In this document: positions 52,458 through 64,000 of the stretch, piece by piece | How the letters are laid out: every line of letters begins with the position of its first letter | How positions within the stretch are numbered: the first letter of the stretch is position 1 | NCBI GenBank assembly: GCA_964016885.1 | Contig: OZ024742.1 | Coordinates: 42,098,001 to 42,162,000 of the forward strand | Reading direction: 5' to 3' | Length of the DNA: 64,000 bases | DNA from: Eledone cirrhosa | Lineage: Eukaryota | Position numbers and translations under genes: made by a program | Notes under the pieces: generated by a model | Seen by the model: only the letters and a program-made list of their open reading frames with translations | The model's database searches: none | What the model was told of the DNA's origin: nothing

Positions 52458-52969
52458 CTATGAAAGAAATGAAAATATTATTATATGAATACAGTGTACA
52501 ACCAGTTTAGAATAGGTACATCATGACCCTGTGTATTGTAAGAGGCAATTAAAACAGTTAGTAGCACGAAGGGGATTCATTCATAAAACATTGTCTCATA
52601 AAGGACTCCATTGTAAGTATGATTATGTCTGTTATGGGGTCACACAAGGCTAACCCCTGCTTTAGCACAGAAAATGGCTATAAAATGCTTGTGAAGTTTA
52701 TTTATCATGGCATCAATAACAGTTTCTCTACAAAATGGCCTTTGTTGGAATTTTTGCTTCTGTGTGTTTAACATTAACTAGGAATTGAAAGTGAAGCATT
52801 TATACTAAATGTTTTTTTGTTTTTTTAAAATTATTTCATATCTTCCTTAATGTCAAGCATCTTAGTTATTTTACACAAATCACAAATTTACATTATAGTG
52901 AAGGCATGGCATTTCTACAATTAAAAACTTTACTTTATCTAACTCAGTGAACTTAGAGTTAGAAACTAT

Positions 52970-53665
52970 CAGTCTGGAACCCCTATCTTGCTCGGAACAT
53001 TGACCTTCTGGAAACTGTTCAGAGACGTGCAACCAAGCGCATACCCTCCATCAGACACCTACCATACTCTGAACGCCTTGCTTCCCTGGGCATGGATTCA
53101 TTGAAGCTCCGACGTCTGGCAATGGACTTGGTGAATACCCACAAAGTTTTTAACCATCTCGCCAACTGCAACCCTGAGCGCCTCTTTGATCTCCATGTGT
53201 CTAACACACGTGGACATGCCTACAAGATAAGAAAACAGCACAGCTCCCATGACTTTCGCAGACATTTTTTCACGCTCAGAGTTGCTGAAGCATGGAACAA
53301 ACTGCCTGCGTCAATTGTTAGCTGCCGAGACACTGCATCCTTTAAGACACTCATGCTTCCCGAAATACGCCAAAACTACACCTGATGTACCCCTTCCATA
53401 CACATGCACACGTGTGTATCATGACTCGTGCACTGTTCATTTTACTGATGTTTGTGCATTGCCCTATGTACTGTACATGCACTTTTTTGATGAGTTGTGG
53501 TGCACGTGGGCACTGTACACAATATTTCATTATTGTTATTGTTATTATATCATGACTCATACACTGTTCATTTTCCTGACATTTGTACATTATTCTATGT
53601 ACTATACATGCACCTTTGATGAGTTGTAGTGCACCTGAGCACTGTACACAATAATTTCATTATTA
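52970..53665 (+). mobile_element. CR1 3' fragment with partially duplicated 3' UTR
   Basis: WNPYLA...RRATKRIP...WNKLP; the UTR segment catgactc...tttcattatt occurs twice. Confidence 0.88.
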
Positions 53666-54804
53666 TATGGTATCTCATATACTAACCTTCATCTAGTAAC
53701 CCTTTAGCATTTACATTACTCTATATATATTATAGTATTTTCATGGTAAAAGCTTTATCTCACATAATATCGAATGAGATTTTGATATTATTTATTTTGA
53801 GAACAATACCTTAATATAAGTATGAGCAGCCAGTTACAGCTGGTTCGAACAGAAAGAGGTGAGAGAATTCTGGCTGGATATGGCTCGTTTAAATGCTAAT
53901 GGGTTAAATGACAGTATTGCTGAATAGTTCCAGTCAGCTCAGCTTCAGTAGACCTATGGCCTGAAGTTAGTAAATAAAACACATGTCAATTATTATTTAG
54001 TTTAATCAATATGGGCTTTCTTTAAATTTACAGAACTGGGGTGTTTAAATCTTACTAAGATTAGCCCTTTTGACACCAAACTGCCTGAAACTGTCCATAA
54101 TTTTATGATACACAATCTCTCATATTAAAGTGTTAAAATCTATATGAAAACCTTTAAGTTAGGTACCACATACCAACTGAATAATGTCAAAATTAGTTAT
54201 ATTACTTAATCCATCTAAATGTATAGAGAGTGTATTTTTATAAAAAATTTGGTAACACGAGTGTTAACTTTACTTTGACTATATTTTACTTGTAATAGAT
54301 ATTTTTTTAATTTCATTTTGACAGAAAGTCACAAATTTGTGGAGAGGTATATTGAATTAATCCAGGATATGCCTGGTATCTATTTTGTGACCCTGAGAAG
54401 GATGAAGAATAATATCTATCATAGCAAGATTTTAACCCTTTTGATACTAACCCATCCAAGACCACCATTTTAAAGGGTTCCTACTGAAATTAAGACCTTC
54501 CAACATAATTTTATATAAGAACAAATCTTTTCTAAATTTGTTAATTAATTAATTAAAATACATAGTATTTCATTAGGAATACAGTAATGAAAAGGTTAAT
54601 TCAAATTGTAGAGGGATGAAAAACATTTGGGTAATGTAGTCATGGGTATACAAAAAGATGGGATTGTAACAGCTGGAAAACTTTCAAGCATAGGTCTACT
54701 TGATCAATGCTGACCTAGGACTAAACAACAACTGTATGAAATACTGTTTGTATATTAGTATTGAGTACACTTTGTGCACTTGTATTGAGTATTATCAGAA
54801 TTAC

Positions 54805-55282
54805 TGAAACATGGAACAAACTACTAGCATCAGTTGTTAGCTGCCTGGACACTGCATCCTTCAGAACTTTCATGCTTCCCGAAATTCGCCAACACTGCAC
54901 TTGATATCCCACTCTCCATACACACGCACGTATATGTGTGTGTATATCATGACTCATACACTGTTCACTTTCCTGACATTTGTACATTATTCTATGTATT
55001 AGGGTGGTCGATTGGCAGTATCGGTAGGGCGTCGGACGCCATGCTTTGCAGCATAGAGTTACGTCCCTTTATGATCTGAGTTCAAATCCCACCGAGGTTA
55101 ACTTTGCCTTTCATCCTTACGGGGTCGATAAAATAAAGTACCAGTCACGTACTGGGGTCGATTTAATCGACTTTCCCCTCCTCCCAAATTGCTGGCCTTG
55201 TGCCTATATAAGAAACCATTATTCTATGTACTCTACATGCACCTTTGATGAGTTGTAGTGCACAATCATTTTCGTTATTATT
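54805..55282 (+). mobile_element. CR1 3' end interrupted by a SINE
   Basis: CR1 tail resumes after 55230. Confidence 0.85.
55001..55220 (+). mobile_element. tRNA-derived SINE with Nin/Deu-like central domain, 14-bp TSD
   Basis: A/B-box-like head (TGGCAGTATCGG; GAGTTCAAATCCC); GCCTTTCATCCT...GGGGTCGATAAA core; CATTATTCTATGTA at 54985-54998 and 55217-55230. Related copies near 1370-1575, 5910-6305 (tandem), 6468-6650, 41430-41652, 42897-43120, 48625-48790 and 51080-51270. Confidence 0.85.
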
Positions 55283-55663
55283 ATCTGCATATAAGTCTCC
55301 TTATAAATTAAAATATCAGGATGAAAATTATATTTTGATTTCCACCAGGTGCAGACTGACCATTTCTTTGTGCTGGCAGCCATTGGGACCTCTGATGTCC
55401 CCAGACTGCCCTTTTCTCTGTCAAATCAGTAGAAAGGTATCTCGTCTGAGGAAGGAGCCCTGTGAAATGGAATGTCTGATGCAGTGAGTATCATTAGCTG
55501 TTCTTTGAGGAAATGCTTTCACCATTTCGTTTGTGGAGCGCAGCTGAGTGTGTAGAGTTTGTTACCATTCCATTTAGTTTTTTTCTTTTTTCTTGTTTGC
55601 ATATACATACATCATCATCGTTTAACGTATATCTTCCACACACATATATATATATATATACAC

Positions 55664-55805
55664 ATCTTTTATAAAATCACCAACGGGTAGATCCTAGTAA
55701 AGTAATCAAAAACAAGAAAACTTCACAAGGGAAAGATGCTTGTGAAGGTTTCTTGTTTTAGATTACTTTACTAGGATCTACCCGTCAGTGATTTTGTAAA
55801 AGATG
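55664..55805. repeat. Inverted repeat, about 65-bp arms, between (TA)n tracts
   Basis: CATCTTTTATAAAATCAC...CTTCACAAG / CTTGTGAAG...GTGATTTTGTAAAAGATG. Confidence 0.88.
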
Positions 55806-56007
55806 TTCTATATGCTTCTCTGAATTAGATTTATTTTGGCGATCTTTTCATTGAGATAGTATGTATATTAGTGATAAATTTACTTATGTATGATATATAT
55901 ATATACACACACACAATTGAATATGACATCTTAAATCAATGTTTATTAGATTTGCATTAGAAACCAAACAATCACATTTCTCACAGAAAATACAGGATAA
56001 GGTTTAC

Positions 56008-56137
56008 CTTTTACCACAGATTCTCGATGAAGGGAGTACATATCTTTACTGAAAGTGTTTTTAGTTATATTTCGTCGGCGAGTTTCTTCATTTTCAAATG
56101 GCAATAAATATGCAGGTTTCTTAAGTGGTTTTGACAT
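56008..56137 (-). CDS. CFAP97D1/KIAA1430 (Hemingway-family)-like gene, first coding exon
   Basis: ATG at 56137, 2 nt after an acceptor (ttctgaacttag|GTATG); MSKPLKKPAYLLPFENEETRRRNITKNTFSKDMYSLHRESVVK then G|gtaaac; resembles the CFAP97D N-terminus (AY...Y-x-x-H...) from recall. Confidence 0.75.
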
Positions 56138-56185
56138 ACCTAAGTTCAGAAAAATTAATCAAAGTAGTACAGTATTTCAATCTTA

Positions 56186-57122
56186 TCTCTCTATATATAT
56201 AAAACAGAGGATGTCTGTCTGTCTGTGTAAATCCCTAAAACTCGAGAAGTACCCGACCGATTTTTTTCAAACTTTACACATGCATTACTTCTTGAAGAGC
56301 AATGGGCTAAACATATTTTAACTTTTTCTGCCCTATGGCCCGCATTAGGCGAAAACCCGCATTTTAAATTTTTTTTTGAGGCGTAACTTACCGATTCCAT
56401 TAATGGGTTTTAGGAAATTTACGAATTAGCATTGGGCATTACATGCCATTTTTATTTTCAATATAAACGCTACTTAAACATCGTAAGTAGCGTATAATAT
56501 TTCGTTAAAAATTTGGTTTATTTAACAGAGGACACAACACTTACTTTAAGCAGGACCATTTTCGGGGGATTGGGGGAAATTAGGAGGACCTTAAAATTTT
56601 TGTCGGCGCCCAATAGCAACTTCGAAGCGTTCGGCCATCCGATATAACAGTTCGGTCTATATCAGATTGGGTAGATTTACGAAGAGGCTATGGTCTCCTG
56701 TGGGGAAGGCCCAACATGCTGTGCGGTTGCATGACATGTCTTACTCAAGCATTGCAGGCTTTACTCTGTACAGTATGTATGCAGGTGCAATAGACATAAC
56801 AGATGATGTCTGTCCGGATGACTGGGTGCGAATCTATAAAACTCAAAAAATACCTAACCAATTTTCTCCAAATGGAAGAAAAATCATACTCTAAGATTTA
56901 GTACGCTTAAAGAGTATCCAGCTGATTTACTTCAGATTTTGCACATGCATGCAGATATTTCACGATTCGGGCCTGCTGGTGTTCTGCGTTTCCAGTAGAC
57001 GAACAATTATTCCCTGAAAATAAGGGAATTAAAAAAGTACACAGCTACATTCCTCAATCTTTGCATATGCGTGTTGCTATTTCACGTTTCCTACCCCGTG
57101 CAACGCCGGGTCCTGCTGCTAG
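56186..57122 (+). mobile_element. Non-autonomous Helitron
   Basis: A|TCTCTCTATATATATAAAA start; (TGTC)n; CCCG-TGCAACGC-CGGG hairpin; CTAG|T end. Confidence 0.8.
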
Positions 57123-60100
57123 TATTAGAATAAAATAAGACCTACCAGGCTTTTTTTTTTTATTTGATAACTCTGGCTTCTTCTCCACCGAAATTATTGA
57201 AGAGGCAGACATTTGAGACGGTTAAGTAATATGATGTCATAACATGAGTGAGAAGTATATTAATGATGTCATAATGATGTCACAATTAAATAAGTTTAGG
57301 TGAAGCTTAGTGACACGTTCTCTGCCTTCAACTTAGTCGCTTCGGTCACAAACCCCGATACTGCGGCCTGCAATACTGAGGAAAAGAAAACAAACAAATA
57401 CCGGTGAAAGTCCACCCACTTCCTCTTCGCACCGGTCGCCGCCGAGACCTTAGGCGTACTTGCACCCCGTACTGCCGAGCTCCTCCGCAGGATCTGAACA
57501 CCGGTAGCCCGTCTGAGGAAGGAGCCCCGCGAGTTGGGGTAGCGTGGGTGTCGTTGGCTATTGTCCGCGAAAATGCTTTTGTCGTCATGTCCATAGGGAG
57601 CACCCCCAACACCGCCGCGCCCTAGGCCCAGAGCCCATCACCCCTTCCCTCTCCCATTCCTCTGTGACCTTAGAGCCCTTGCCTTTCCCGTTTTTAGATA
57701 TTAATAACATTATATATATATATATATTTGAACATTTTAGAGAAATTAGTAGACACTACTAAACTAACAAGCATCTTAGAGCTGGGTTTTTTACTAGAGC
57801 AAAGATTATTCTTGCTAGCCCCATGATAGGATTCACATTCAACAAAGGATCCTTTTTGTTATGAGGTTAGCTAGGTTAGATGACCCATTCTTGCTTATAC
57901 GATGTTTTTTTGGTATGGTTTCTATGGTTTGATGCCATTCCTAATGCCAACCATATTACATTATGTACTGGGAACATTTTTTGTGGCACCACAACTACCA
58001 CTTTACAGTGCCTTTGAAATCAGATAATGATCTGCAGATTATGTTCATCAGGGAAACAAACAAAAAAAGAATGAAGATGTTTGAGAAAATAAATCACGAG
58101 AGTAGAAACTTTTCTAACAAGGGGGAAAACCATAGTGAAAGGAGAAAAATTAGCAGAAGGCCTAGTCACTTGACGATAAGTAACCTAAAGAGGAAGAAGT
58201 GAAGAAAATTGGATAGAACAACTCCCATTGGTGAAAGAACTGAAGTTTAACCCTTTAGCAGTTAAACCGGCCGTATCCAGCCAGAATTCTCTCACCTTTA
58301 TCTGTTCAAACCGGCCATAACTGGCTGCTCAAGGTATTGTTCTCAAAATAAACGACATCAAAATCTCTTAGATTTGATCTTATGTGAGATAATTATGTGA
58401 AATAAAGTGTTTACCATGAAAATACAATCGTAAATATAGAGTAATGTAAATGTTGAAGGGATAACTTCCAAAACAGAACTGACCATGTTAGAATGGAGAG
58501 AAAGAGCACCAGAAGAGACATCAGCCCAGATGGGAGAACAGTATTACATACATGAGCAAATAAACAACTTATATGAAGATGATATTACAGGCTTGGCTAA
58601 GAGAATTTTTAATAGTGAGTAAAATGGCTGTTAGGTTAACACTTTAACATTTAAATTGGCCATATCCAACCAGAATTTTCTCACCTCTTAAAACTGGCCG
58701 TAGTGAGCCATTCATAGTGATGTTAAGGTATTGTTCTCAAAATAAATAATATCAGAATCTCATAGATTCGATATTATGTGAGATAATTAATTATGTTAGG
58801 TAAAGTGATTACCATGAAAATAAAATAGTAAATATAGAGTAATGTAAATGCTAAAGGGTTAAGATTTGATAAGATATTTGAACTCTACAGAAAAAGTTAG
58901 CCCCAAACACATGGTCTTCTCCATTCTGTCCGCCGGGGCTGTGGGTGGGCCCCATCGCGTACATTAGTTAAATACCATTCTTTCATCTGATACAACACAA
59001 TAAAGACTAAAGTGATTTCAAAGTTGTGCTTACCTTATTAGAGGAGAAATGGCTGTCTCAAGTTGGTCCGAGTGATTCGTTCGGAAAAAAAATGTATAAT
59101 TAATTAATATTTTAAAGACCTACAATTTAAAAACTATCAAAGATATTGACCTAATACTTGATATGTTCCCATCATATAGGTACAGGAGCTAGTATGAATT
59201 TTTTCAGGGGGATCTGAGGGGGTGACCTAGGAAATTTTTCTGAAACTAGGTGATTTGATATGGAATAACTCTAGATGAAGTTTTACACCAAAAAGAGGAG
59301 GAACTGAAGTCCTACAACATAGAGGACTTAGGAGATAACATATTCCTACTGAGGGTTACAGATAAGATTTATGGCTGGGGCAAGTTACCACTCGGGTGAC
59401 TAGTGATATAGAACAGGGTAATAAACGGTAGGAGGCAGTCTTGGAAAGTCTGGAACAGTACCGTGTAGTTAGACGCCAGGTTTACTTTAAAAAAAGGGAA
59501 AAGTGGAGAGTACAATGTTTGCTGGTGTTTTTCAACATGAGCATTAGGGAGCGGCATGAGTATCGGATTGCAAGGCCATAACTGTATATTTACTGGCACC
59601 AATGAAAAAGAAACATGGAAGTACTATTATGAGATGCTAAACGAGGAGAATACAGGAGAAAATAAATGCTGACCCCCCCCAAGTAAAATCAATTAATTAA
59701 GGAACCAACCATCAAAGTACACCGCAGTTTGGTAGATAAAACGATTAAAGATTTGAAGATAGGGAAGGCAGCTCGCACATCAAGGATAGCCGTTGAGATG
59801 ATTATACTAGGCAAGACACATCAAATAAACGCTCAACCATAAACACAATGATAAAAGATACGAAAACAGAAACGCAAAACATAATACATATACATATTCA
59901 AAAGACATGTTATACAATATGAAAAGTGTAAAGAAAGAAACAAAACAAAAGCGATCAAAGATATCTTATCTGACCTGTCTTCTTATGAGCGAGTAAATCA
60001 AGTAATGCGAGAAAGTGGGTGGGGGGAAGAGAATTACACAGTTCTTTAAAGACCACGGGTAAATATAGTGGTGAAAATAATGAAATATTAATAATAATTA

Positions 60101-62619
60101 TCATATCATAAGTGTAGAAAAAAATGCGATCAAAGCGATCTATATCTGAGCTGTCTTCTGCCAGTAAGTAAATCAAGACAAGAGGGGGGAAATAGTTTTT
60201 TTTTCTTTTTTTTTATGTAAGTAATCATTTTATTCACGGTTGTATAAATAATATTACAAATTGTTCATATTTCTTTCAATGAAAATATAAATACAAATAT
60301 AAACACATATAACAAATGAAATTAACTATTGCTAGGAAGCTTTCAAATACAACGCATCAAAATATACAATCAAAGCGAAAAAAAAAAAAAAGGGAAAAGT
60401 GTAACCAAAACAAAAACGGCCATCGATTCACCACGAAGTGTAACAATCGACAGCACATCACAAGGGCCAATGGAAAATTTTGAGACAAGCCAACATGCTC
60501 GCGGTATTACCGGGAATGATGGTGAGGTTAAGGCGCTGAAACAACGAGGCACCCCCAAGGGCATCACCTGACACCTCGGTAAAGCGAACCGCTATCGATG
60601 ACAATAACTTCGCCGGCCCAACTCCACCAAACGTCTCGAACGTCACAGGCTGGAAAAAAATTATTGTTTGATAGTTCCCTGTATTTTCGGATTTTATTCC
60701 GTTCGGCAACGGAAGCAGTGACCCTCAGATTTAACCGTGGTATCCATGATGTGGGAGCAAAAAAGTCACTGACTGTGGCGTCCCAGATGAAACACCTGCC
60801 TCTTACTTAGGGACAAAGGGTAAGGCCGTCTGGTCTCTTCCCATCACTTAGGATAATCTAGCTGGCTCCAATACTGTGGGGATATTTAGCCGAGCTATAA
60901 TGTCTTTGATTGGGTTAAACAACCTCAACAACCAGAGTTTAATCCAACAATTCACGAAATATGCACCTTACTCTTGCTTCGTTGCTTGCCTTATTCACTA
61001 ATATCCAAATTTAATATTCTATCTAATAGAATTAACAATTTGTAATAATTTTTCTTTAAATTATTTACAGAGGTTGTGTACATCACTTTTTCAGAAAAGA
61101 AAAAGTTTCCTCATATTTCTTGAATATCCATGCTCACACATTTTCCTTCTATTTAGCTGGGAAAACTTGACCTGTTCCTTTTAATTAAAAAGTCTTAAAA
61201 TTTCTTCGTATTATTACCAAAGAAAAATTAATGAGCCCATCACTAACTACTCTTGAAGTATGAGGTGATTTAATTGAACATTTTAAGATTATTAATGGAG
61301 AGGAACAGGTCGATAGCTTGAAGTTTTCCCAGCTTAAATAGAAGGAAAATGAGAGGGCATGGACATAAAATACGCAAGGAAAATGTAACAACTCACATTA
61401 GGAAAACTTTTCTTTTCTGAAAGAGTGGTAGATTGTTGGAATACTTTATTAGAAAATGTAATGTACTCAACCACTGCAAATAATTTAAAGTACGAACAAT
61501 TGGAGTACACGTAAACAACTGAAATTTAAAATATGTAGTCAGCACACAGTATTAAAAATGTAACTTATTTTAAAAAAGAAATCTATAAGTTTATTGATGA
61601 AAAATAAACGCTGTACGTGAAATTACATAATAGCAAAGTTCACATTTTCCCCCCAAACAAATATGCTGACAACATAGTTTGAAATTACAAACATAAATGC
61701 CATAGCTGTCAAAAATCAACACATATATCTATTTCTTGATTATATAAATTAAAACGAAAGAAAATATAAAGTCAACACTAAGTGTGTCAATCAGTCACAC
61801 AATAAGGGCTGCCGGAGCCTCCCTCTAATACTTTTTGAGAGAAGTATTAGAGGGGGGCTCCGGCAACGTTACTGCGGGTGATAGCGTGGTTAAAGCACTG
61901 GAACAACCAAGCACCTACACGGGCATCACATGATTCTTCGGTAAGGCCAGCTGCCAATAATTACAAGAACTTCATTGTTAACGGCTCAGCTCCTTTAAAT
62001 GTCTCGAACGCCACAGGCTGGAAAAAATAGTTTATCAATAATTCCCGTTATTTAAAAATTTAATTCTGTTCGGCTACGGAAGCAGTGACCCTCACATTTA
62101 CCTCAGCATCCAGGATGTGGGAAGGAGCGAAAGAGTCACCGGCTGTGGCGTCACAAATGATAAAATGAGATTTTTCACATCAGAAAATATTTCTGAAGAC
62201 ATACATATTCAGGTACCAGTTAAGTAGCTCTTCTTTGTACTTGTACAAGGGAGATTCTTCGTGGTCACACGACTAGATAATAGCAATAAAATTTCCCATA
62301 ACGTCATGATATCTATGACATATCTATGCTTGAAAATAAGGACCGGATGGCGGTCGCTAGAATCTATTTAATCGATGTATCTGACCTAGGGCTAAACAAC
62401 AATAACAACAACACATTTTGGGATCTTCTACGTGAACATGCGACTTGTTAAAAATAGCAGCCAAATCTCCCACAAAGCCCTCCGCTCATCAATAAAGAAA
62501 GAACACATTAGATAATGTAGTCCTAAATACTCTTTAAAAGACGAGTTGGTTATGAATGGAATGCCTTTGATCAGAGTTGGTCTAGGACTAAGAAATATCA
62601 AACGTTAACTTCTTACGGT

Positions 62620-63400
62620 TGATAAGCAAAACCTGTTTACTTAGGTTCGAAACCTCCTCGACTCCACAGGCCTCCGCGGTCTTGCCGCCTGAATGCCGGT
62701 CGCTTCGCGCTTCACACGGAGCTAAACCTTATTCTCAAGAGAACTTTGGCCCGGGCAAATATCCCCTCAATCTTGGAACCATCTGGGTTGTCCAGAAGTG
62801 ATGAGAAAAGACCTGACGGCCTTACCCTGTGCCCCTGGTCGAGAGGCAGATCCCTTGTCTGGGACGTCATTGTTAGTGACTCTTTTGCTTCTTCCCACAT
62901 CCTGGATGCTGCGGTTAGGGCGAGAGCCACAGCTTCCGCAGCCGAACGGAACAAAATCCTAAAATACCGAGATCCGTCAGTCAACTACTTTTTCCAGCCT
63001 GTGACGTCCGAGACGTTTGGGGGAGTCGGGCTACTGACTGCGAGATTGCTATCTTCACTGGCGGCTCGCCTAACAGGTGACTGGTGAAGCTCGTGAGGGC
63101 ACTTGGCTGTTTCAACGCATCAGCCTCGCCATCACCCGCGATAACTCTCCTCGCGATACTGTTATTTTTTACTCTGGTAGCGGCTCGGTTGTCCACCGCT
63201 TTCGCCTGCCTTTTGTGTGTGTTCTCTTTCTTTTCCTTTCTTTTTTTGTTTGTTTTCCCTCTCCCTTTCTTTTATATTATATTTGTTTGTGTTTTGGTTC
63301 TGTAAGTATTGTATTTGTATATCCCTTTTATACAACAGTGAATAAACAATTTTTTGAACGACTGAAAAAAAAAATATATATATATTTAAAAAAAAAAGAG
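62620..63400 (+). mobile_element. CRE-like RLE-domain 3' fragment
   Basis: RANIPSILEPSGL.R.D.KRPDGLTL.PW.RGR.LVWDV...D...K..KY...F.PV..ETFG; T-rich tail and poly-A. Other fragments at 41985-42790 (+), 55340-55540 (+), 57340-57690 (+), 60200-60900 (-) and 61870-62160 (-). Confidence 0.8.
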
Positions 63401-64000
63401 TTTATTTTTATAATGAACATTTGCAGTCCTTGGGTATAGGGAAGTATCTCTTAAAATAAATTCTAGGAAAAGTTAATCATTTTTAATTAAACTAGTGACC
63501 ACTGTCAGTAGTTGTATGTTGTCCGATGGGAAGAATGTGGGCATATGAGCGTATTTGAGCAAACATGCGTTCTTATATAAAGGCATTCTTTCGTTTTAAG
63601 TAGACGACAATCTCCGATCAATAATTTCCTTTTACAATTTTTTTTCTTCTTCATATCTCTTTAATCATTATCAGACAATTTAATTTTAAACATTTTCTTT
63701 TAGCATTCTGAATTTTGATTTATAAAATTCCAGCTGATACGTGGAAAACTTATACCCATACATGTTGCAATATTTCCTTTTCTTTTATTAAAAAAATCTT
63801 TCGGAATTGACATCAAGTACCGTCCATTTTCATTTTAATCATTTTTAATCATGTACGACGATTGCTGTTTACTTAAAACGAAAGAACGTGGTAAATATAC
63901 AATGTTTTCTAATTTAGACATAAGGCCAGTAATTTGTAGATAATGGAAAGTCGATTATATCAACTTAGTATTTGACTAATACTTTATTTTTATCGACTCT

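Overview
AT-rich, repeat-dense animal genomic DNA. The SINE/LINE repertoire and (TA)n load suggest an octopod cephalopod (inference). Two spliced, probably ciliary genes converge tail to tail. (1) The last 10 coding exons of a Tectonic (TCTN, transition-zone) gene lie on + at 1117-20101; exon phases were checked by hand. (2) A complete 5-coding-exon CFAP97D1/KIAA1430-like gene lies on - at 56137-39108, about 483 aa, with a long low-complexity tail ending in 16 copies of a nonapeptide (ETELDKQPS). The rest is mobile DNA: a near full-length CR1-type LINE, RTE LINEs, CRE-like RLE retroelements, a Penelope-like GIY-YIG element, tRNA-derived SINEs, piggyBac and hAT MITEs, Helitrons and a probable solo LTR. 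The most striking unexplained structure is a series of sequence-diverse DNA palindromes embedded in (TA)n tracts. Most carry a minimal type I hammerhead ribozyme, and they fold back in or next to it with 3' ends pointing outward. A 4.7-kb RTE fold-back has the same geometry. All calls are by eye; no alignments or folding programs were run.
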